Source: Candidatus Bathyarchaeota archaeon
GTDB lineage: Archaea; Thermoproteota; Bathyarchaeia; 40CM-2-53-6
Length of the DNA: 64,000 bases
Direction: 5' to 3'
Assembly (NCBI GenBank): GCA_963833125.1
Contig: CAWHWX010000001.1
Coordinates: 224,001-288,000, forward strand
The notes under the pieces were generated by a model that had not been told where the DNA came from, did no database searches, and saw only the letters and a program-made list of their open reading frames with translations. This document shows positions 58,195-64,000 of the stretch, piece after piece; position 1 is the first letter of the stretch; every line of letters starts with the position of its first letter. The position numbers were made by a program, and so were the translations under genes.

Positions 58195-58388
58195 GAAAGG
58201 CACATTCCAGTGTCGAGATTTACCAACTAGCGATCTGATGCGGGGCATCCCATAATTATTTCGGAAGTTTGGCCGAAGGAACATCTTTCTTTTCGTTACT
58301 ATGTGGTGACCTGCGGTTTTCAGTTAGACGAAACGGAAGTGATACTGGATAAGTCTTAAGTAGCGAGACGATTCGATAACCGTATCAT

Positions 58389-60008
58389 ATGACCGCCTCG
58401 AACCCCGACCGACCGAAAGTTTTCGTTCGAGAAGCAACTGGCCTAGTAAGGGAAGTTTCCGGGAACGCATCACTGGTAGCCCAATGGATGATCACCACCG
58501 GCGGCTACCCCATCTTCATCCTCACCTACCTCGCCGTTTTTCCGGGAGCGAACTTCTTCCTCGCATTCATCCTCGGGTTTCTACCAATGTTCGCACTCCT
58601 AGGCGTATACACGCTCTTCGGTATCTCAATGCCGCGTGCAGGTGGAGACTACATCTACGTAACCCGGGGGCTGAATTCTTTCATTGGCTTCGTCAGTTCA
58701 TTCGCATTAGCCGCAGCGTACATGGTGTCGAATGGAATCTTCACCGTCCTTGGGAGTGGCTACGTTGGATACCAACTGTCCACGATAGGCATCGTTGATA
58801 ACAACCCAACGTTGCTGACAATCGGAAGCGCCATCATAACTCCTACGTACTCCTTCACACTAGCTTGCATCATCTTAGCGATTTCTGCAATCATAGCGAT
58901 TCTTAGGCCACGAATTGCCTGGCAGACAATATTCTGGGCCGGACTGTTCGCGATAGTCTGTACGATCGTTATGTTCATCGCCCTTGCAGGAATCAATCAA
59001 GCTTCCTTCCAAGCCGTTTATGACCAGTTCATCGCAACCAATAATTCAACTCTAGCCGCGAATGGCTTCAGTAACGTGACATCGTACCAGCAGACCATAA
59101 CTGCAGGTGGCTGGACACCTTCAACAAGTATCCTCACCGCCACACTCGCAGCGTACCCAATCGCGATCTATACTTTCGCCTGGAGCCAGCTACCAACAAA
59201 TTGGGCTGGCGAAATCAAGCAGGTTAAGAAAAGTCTTCCATTTATTCTCTTAGGCGGAATAATCTGGATATTAGTATACTTCGAACTCTTCGTCCAGTTG
59301 AGCGTAAATGCTTTCGGCCAAGCATTCATGACAACCTGGTCAGTTCTCTCAACGAATCCTTCATATCCATTGCAGGTGGCACTGAGCGATTACATTCCGT
59401 TCTTCTCCTACCTAGTCTACAGAAACCCCATTATCCTGTGGGCAATGTTTCTCGCCCTGTTTATCCCCGTTGTTTTTGAAGTCCCCCCGATCCTAATTGC
59501 TTCGGTTAGGTACCTGTTTGCCTGGAGCTTTGACAGGGTCTTACCTGAAGTGTTTTCACGAGTCAACGAACGGACCCATACCCCAGTCTTCGCGACTATA
59601 ATCGCGTTAATTCCGAATATTCTCGGCGCGGCCATTCAAGCATTCAATCCTGCGGCGACACCGAGTGTTTTAGTACCAGTATTCATTTTTGGATACATGT
59701 TCCCTGCTCTAGCCGCAATCGTCTTCCCATACAGAAGGAAGGACATGTACGAAACTTCCTTCTTGGTTAGGAGAAGAATAGCAAACGTCCCAGTCTTAAC
59801 CTGGCTTGGGATTGTCTCCTTCATCGGCCTGCTCGTAGGCATGTACGGTATCTTAACAAGTGGCCTGTATCCGCTCTTGTTGCCAGATTATCTATTCTAC
59901 GTCCTGGCCTATGGGTTGGGCATACTAATCTTCCTAGTCGCATACGCAGCTAGAAGAAAGAGCGGCCTCCCGTTGGAACTTAGCTTCAGAGAGATCCCTC
60001 CAGAATAG
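58389..60008 (+). CDS. APC family amino acid/amine permease
   Basis: Motifs VFVREATGLVRE, MPRAGGDYIY, AGEIK, FAWSFDRVLP and FREIPPE. Confidence 0.92.
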   Translation: MTASNPDRPKVFVREATGLVREVSGNASLVAQWMITTGGYPIFILTYLAVFPGANFFLAFILGFLPMFALLGVYTLFGISMPRAGGDYIYVTRGLNSFIGFVSSFALAAAYMVSNGIFTVLGSGYVGYQLSTIGIVDNNPTLLTIGSAIITPTYSFTLACIILAISAIIAILRPRIAWQTIFWAGLFAIVCTIVMFIALAGINQASFQAVYDQFIATNNSTLAANGFSNVTSYQQTITAGGWTPSTSILTATLAAYPIAIYTFAWSQLPTNWAGEIKQVKKSLPFILLGGIIWILVYFELFVQLSVNAFGQAFMTTWSVLSTNPSYPLQVALSDYIPFFSYLVYRNPIILWAMFLALFIPVVFEVPPILIASVRYLFAWSFDRVLPEVFSRVNERTHTPVFATIIALIPNILGAAIQAFNPAATPSVLVPVFIFGYMFPALAAIVFPYRRKDMYETSFLVRRRIANVPVLTWLGIVSFIGLLVGMYGILTSGLYPLLLPDYLFYVLAYGLGILIFLVAYAARRKSGLPLELSFREIPPE

Positions 60009-60017
60009 AAAAACCCC

Positions 60018-60044
60018 TAAAATAAAATCGTTAAAATAAAATCG
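60018..60044 (+). repeat. Tandem 13-bp direct repeat TAAAATAAAATCG x2
   Basis: Exact copies at 60018-60030 and 60032-60044. Confidence 0.7.
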
Positions 60045-60129
60045 GGTCTATCGAACATGTTACGACGATGGGATGCCTTAGATACTTGCGTGACCTGACA
60101 GTCCACTAAACCTTCGGGACGGAACTAGC

Positions 60130-61539
60130 TTGGTTTCTGCAGACTTAATTGTCAAGAATGCGAAGATTTGGACACCTAGCGGAATCTTTGAGGGCGGACT
60201 CGCCGTAAGGGAAGGCAAAATCGTATCGATTTCTCACGATTACGCCCTTCCCGTTGCTGATCATGGGATTAACGCTGAAGGTAACCTCGTTATTCCGGGC
60301 TTAGTTGATGAGCATGTGCATCTAGGCGATCCGTACGAAGGGCCTGGAAGTGAGGTAGCGGTTCAGAGGGAGGACTTCTTGTATGGAACTATGGCGGCGG
60401 CGAACGGTGGAGTTACGACAATAATCGAAATGCCTGATACCGTCCCATTAGTCACTTCCTTGGACGTAGCCAAAGCGAAACTGCAAATTTGTAAGCCTAA
60501 GGCGTATGTTGACTTTGGCATGCACGGGGGTTTCATCGGTCAGTCGGATTATGCACGGGAAATAAGGCGAATGTACGATTTTGGACTGACCGGGCTGAAG
60601 ACGTTTACATGTTATTCGATTCCCGAATGGCCTCCTTGCTATGACGGCGACCTATACGAGGCTTTGAAATTAATCCGGGAAGTCGGTGCCGTCACGCTGC
60701 TGCATGCCGAAAACGACTTCATCCTTGCTAAGAACCGAAAACGGCTCGAAAGTGAACACAGGACTGACATTCGAGCGCATCTCGAATGGAGACCTCCAAT
60801 AGCTGAGATTGAGGCAGATCATAGAATGGTCTTCTTCCTGGAAGAAACCGGAGCCAAAGGCTTGATTGTTCACACAAGTGTACCGGAGGGAGTCTTGGAT
60901 GTGAAGGCCGCAAAGGAACGCGGTCACGAAATATATGTTGAGACTTGCCCACACTTTCTCTTCCTTACCGAGGACGATGTAATCCGAATGGGCCCATGGG
61001 CCAAGTACGCTCCTCCCCCTCGCGATAAAGCGAGAGTCAGTAAGATGTGGGAACTCTTGAACTTAGGCTACGTTGACACCTTAGGATCAGACCACGGGCC
61101 CTACACGAAGCAGGAGAAATTAGCCGGAATCAAAAACATATGGGACGCAGGAAATGGCGCATCATCCATCGAGGGCACTCTACCTCTAATGCTCGATGCT
61201 GTGAACAACGGGAAGACAACGTTAGATACTTTCATCCGAGTTGCTTGCCAAAACCCAGCCAAACTATTTGGACTATACCCACGGAAAGGCACGTTACAGG
61301 TAGGATCTGACGCAGACTTCGTTGTAGTGGACATGAAATCGAACTTCAAGATCTCAAACGACAAAAGCAAGTCAAAATGCGGATGGGTACTCTATGATGG
61401 TATGGTAACGAGGGGGAAACCGAGGATGACGGTTCTTCGCGGCTCAATAATAATGCAGGACGGCGAGATCGTAGGAAAGCCAGGATACGGTAATTTCCTA
61501 ACTAGACAGGAGCTGGCCCAAACCTCCCCACTTGCATAG
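60130..61539 (+). CDS. Cyclic amidohydrolase (allantoinase/dihydropyrimidinase-like)
   Basis: Motifs PGLVDEHVH, GGVTT..MP, LHAEN, ETCPH, GSDHGP and NPAK. It lacks the DHOase Arg/Asn/His substrate residues. Confidence 0.88.
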   Translation: MVSADLIVKNAKIWTPSGIFEGGLAVREGKIVSISHDYALPVADHGINAEGNLVIPGLVDEHVHLGDPYEGPGSEVAVQREDFLYGTMAAANGGVTTIIEMPDTVPLVTSLDVAKAKLQICKPKAYVDFGMHGGFIGQSDYAREIRRMYDFGLTGLKTFTCYSIPEWPPCYDGDLYEALKLIREVGAVTLLHAENDFILAKNRKRLESEHRTDIRAHLEWRPPIAEIEADHRMVFFLEETGAKGLIVHTSVPEGVLDVKAAKERGHEIYVETCPHFLFLTEDDVIRMGPWAKYAPPPRDKARVSKMWELLNLGYVDTLGSDHGPYTKQEKLAGIKNIWDAGNGASSIEGTLPLMLDAVNNGKTTLDTFIRVACQNPAKLFGLYPRKGTLQVGSDADFVVVDMKSNFKISNDKSKSKCGWVLYDGMVTRGKPRMTVLRGSIIMQDGEIVGKPGYGNFLTRQELAQTSPLA

Positions 61540-61584
61540 TTGGATCATCGAACTTACTCCCGAATGTAGAGCGATTGTAATCGG

Positions 61585-62441
61585 TTAGGCCTTTTTGACA
61601 AGAGTGCCATAGGCCTCTGGGCGTCTGTCCTTCAGCAAGTTCCCATACAGACGCCGTGCTTCCTCGAATCTCTTTCGTAATTCAATGGTTCTAACCAAGA
61701 CAAAGGATTCCGCTTGTTCGTGTGACGCTACGTACGGCGCTTCTGCCTCTATTCTGCCGTCCGGGGCGATGATTCGGCTGTGGCCGAAGAAATGTACCGG
61801 TTTGCCCACCATCGTGTCTCCCACCGCATTACATTGAACCACCCAAACAGTATTCTGAAGGGCGGCGCTGGGATAGAACTTATTCCACCAGTCTTCGTAC
61901 GGTGATTCGTAAGCGTTTATCTGGATAACTATTTCGGCACCCATGAGTGCGTTGGCTCTCCAGCACTCCGGGAAGTCGCCGTCATAGCAAGTGAGAAGTC
62001 CAACTCGTCCCATTCGAGTATCAATAACGGTGAAGTCATTTCCTGCTTTCCAAATCTGGTCTTCCCCCACAGAGGGGTAGAGATGTATTTTCCTGTGTTT
62101 CCCGATAACTCTGCCTTTATCATCGATCAGGACTGAACTATTGTAAATGTTGTAAATGTCATTGCCATCCCCGCTCTCTGGCATCCCAGCAATGATGTGG
62201 ATTCTGTGGCGCACCGCGTTTTCCGATAGGAAGTCTGTGTACAGACCAGGTATGGGTGCACTTAGTTCTCGGTAGTTAATTTCACCGTATCCAGTAGGCC
62301 ACATCTCAGGTAGAACTACTACTTCAGCGCCTTCCTCATTTGCTGATGAAATCAACTCTGCCGTTTCATTCAAGTTTTGGTCAACCTGTCCGGGTGCGTT
62401 CTGAATTGAATGACTCCGACAGTGAGCGAATCAGACAGCAT
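61585..62441 (-). CDS. Carbon-nitrogen hydrolase (nitrilase family; frameshift near 62392)
   Basis: ATG at 62441 gives LTVGVIQF; the LPEMW, HRKIH and CYDGDFPE triad motifs follow in ORF 61585..62373. Confidence 0.9.
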
Positions 62442-62533
62442 CCAAGTCACTACCGAATTCGATCTTAATCGATGTTGAATAGATCGAGCGAATTGCTTTA
62501 AAGCAATACGTTCTGACTTTGCTTTGACTGGCG

Positions 62534-63400
62534 ATGATGCCTCAATCACTCACCATCGGTGTAATTCAATTCAATCCAAGATGGGGAAATGTGGACTACA
62601 ACCTAACTGCCACATCTGAGTTGCTTACCTCCGCTTCTAAGCAACAATGTGACATCGTGGTCCTACCCGAGATGTGGCCAACGGGGATGTATGGGGACCT
62701 TGACTTTCATAAGTTCAAACAACCTATACCAGGCCCTTTTACCGAGTTTCTATCAAGGCGCGCCAGGGAGCATTCTATGTTTATCGTAGCAGGCATGCCC
62801 GAACTCGGTAGCAACAATCAGCTCCATAACACATCGATAATGATCAGCAGTGACGGAACAATCCTTGCAAAACACCGGAAGGTTCAGGTCTACACCTTCT
62901 TGGGGGAGGAAAGAGTCTGGACGCCAGGGAATAACTACACCGTTGTGGACACTAAGTTTGGAAGAGTAGGATTACTTGTGTGTTATGACGGAGATTTTCC
63001 AGAATCTTGGCGAATTAATGCGTTGATGGGTGCGGATATTGTCTTCCACGTATCTGCCTACGAATCGCCATGCGAGAATTGGTGGGACAAATTCTACCCG
63101 GCTGCGGCTCTTCAGAACATTGTGTGGGCTGTACTGTGCAATACAGTGGGTGACACGGTCTTGGAGGGAAAGCCGTTGCATCTGTTTGGTCGCAGTCGAA
63201 TAATAGCTCCGGATGGCGACATCGAAGCAGAGGCACCATACGTTCCACCTGGAGGAAAATGTGAGTCATTTCTCTTGGTGAAGAAAGTTGACGCCAAACG
63301 CCGGTTGGAAAATGCTCGTAGCAAGTTCGGCAATTTCATTCGAGATCGAAGACCGGAGATGTACGGTCGACTCGTGGAGCGCATCATTAGTTACGACTGA
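62534..63400 (+). CDS. Carbon-nitrogen hydrolase (nitrilase family)
   Basis: Motifs LPEMW, HRKVQ, CYDGDFPE, GRSRIIAPDG and RDRRPEMY. Confidence 0.93.
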   Translation: MMPQSLTIGVIQFNPRWGNVDYNLTATSELLTSASKQQCDIVVLPEMWPTGMYGDLDFHKFKQPIPGPFTEFLSRRAREHSMFIVAGMPELGSNNQLHNTSIMISSDGTILAKHRKVQVYTFLGEERVWTPGNNYTVVDTKFGRVGLLVCYDGDFPESWRINALMGADIVFHVSAYESPCENWWDKFYPAAALQNIVWAVLCNTVGDTVLEGKPLHLFGRSRIIAPDGDIEAEAPYVPPGGKCESFLLVKKVDAKRRLENARSKFGNFIRDRRPEMYGRLVERIISYD

Positions 63401-63586
63401 CCTACTACACCGCGAAAAGTTGCGACAAGGAAGCCCGCGGATCGGACCGTCCATATAAGATCGTTATGGGTGACGTGCGAGTATTGCCCCCGTTAGTTGC
63501 AACGATGGCTAATGGTTCTTGCCCATTGCTACGAGAAGTGATATATACCAAAGTTAAGCTAGGACTAGCTCTAGAGGACTTTCGAC

Positions 63587-64000
63587 TTGAGTGGAACCCG
63601 TGCCCACGTCTTCGTCCGAGAAGCGACGGGCCTAGTCAGAGAGATCTCCCCCTATCAGCTAATGTTCTTCAACTTCCTAACTGCGCCAATCGTTACGACG
63701 ATCATGTGGTCCCTGAATTGGGATCCAAACATGTTTCCGGGATTTGACTGGAACACTGGACTCTTGATAATTGCGCTTCTTGCTATTCCAATGTACCTAA
63801 CCTACTCGATCGTGTACACGGCATTTCCGAAGACCGGTACGGATTACGTCTTCCAGAGCCGGGTTCTTAATCCTGGATTAGGGTTTGCTGCAACGTTTGC
63901 TGCATGGGTCTTCTTCCAATTCTGGTATATTTCTCTTAACGGCATAGCAATCGTCGAAATGTTTCTCATGCCATGGTTGTTCGAGGTAGCCCAGGTTACT
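63587..64000 (+). CDS. APC family permease, 5' part (close paralog of 52421..54049; runs off right edge)
   Basis: Manual translation from TTG 63587 gives SGTRAHVFVREATGLVREISPYQLMFFNFLTAPIV...FPKTGTDYVFQSRVL. Confidence 0.9.
   Translation, partial: MSGTRAHVFVREATGLVREISPYQLMFFNFLTAPIVTTIMWSLNWDPNMFPGFDWNTGLLIIALLAIPMYLTYSIVYTAFPKTGTDYVFQSRVLNPGLGFAATFAAWVFFQFWYISLNGIAIVEMFLMPWLFEVAQVT

Noticed and set aside
63466-63747. 93-aa ORF from the track
   Set aside because: It is an out-of-frame shadow of the APC permease starting at 63587.
1-64000. CRISPR arrays, rRNA, tRNA, IS elements and integrases
   Set aside because: No regularly spaced repeats, RNA gene signatures or transposase/recombinase motifs were seen by eye. 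A covariance-model scan would be needed to exclude small or intron-split RNAs.

Overview
A 64 kb gene-dense archaeal chromosomal segment. The archaeal assignment rests on TATA/BRE-type promoters, a SAMP/MoaD protein, a thiolase-DUF35 pair, an MptB homolog and APC permeases beginning VFVREATGLVRE. A Bathyarchaeia/TACK-like lineage is an inference from gene content and frequent TTG starts. At least eight genes carry 1-2 nt frameshifts, mostly in short runs or repeats, which are best read as long-read errors. From left to right: (1) a tandem ribbon-helix-helix / terminase small subunit / terminase large subunit operon running off the left edge; the TerL N-terminus is missing from the ORF track, and the operon is bordered by an almost G-free C/A tract and interlocked palindromes; (2) preQ0 genes folE, queD and queC without queE, then class II RNR nrdJ, an MptB-like HD phosphodiesterase and a His-patterned polytopic membrane protein; (3) housekeeping genes (aminotransferases, serS, thrC, thrB, a glutamine synthetase-like protein); (4) five small exported beta-rich proteins; (5) a ten-gene heme operon of the coproporphyrin-dependent type (radical SAM, TetR, hemA, C, D, B, Q, L, E, H) with no coproporphyrinogen oxidase and a palindrome over its TATA box; (6) an acyl/aryl-CoA cluster (PaaF-like and PaaG-like crotonases, an orphan diiron ferritin-like protein, an SDR lacking the catalytic Tyr, thiolase plus DUF35); (7) pyrimidine synthesis genes (pyrD with Thr at the catalytic base, pyrE plus a degenerate paralog, pyrB, pyrC); (8) a ~21 kb N-compound catabolic island (two xanthine-dehydrogenase-family enzymes, one with an embedded SAMP gene, M20 hydrolase, three APC permeases, Fe-ADH, two class III aminotransferases, a cyclic amidohydrolase, two nitrilase-family hydrolases). 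No rRNA, tRNA, CRISPR array, integrase or transposase was recognised. All family assignments come from motif recognition by eye, not database searches.
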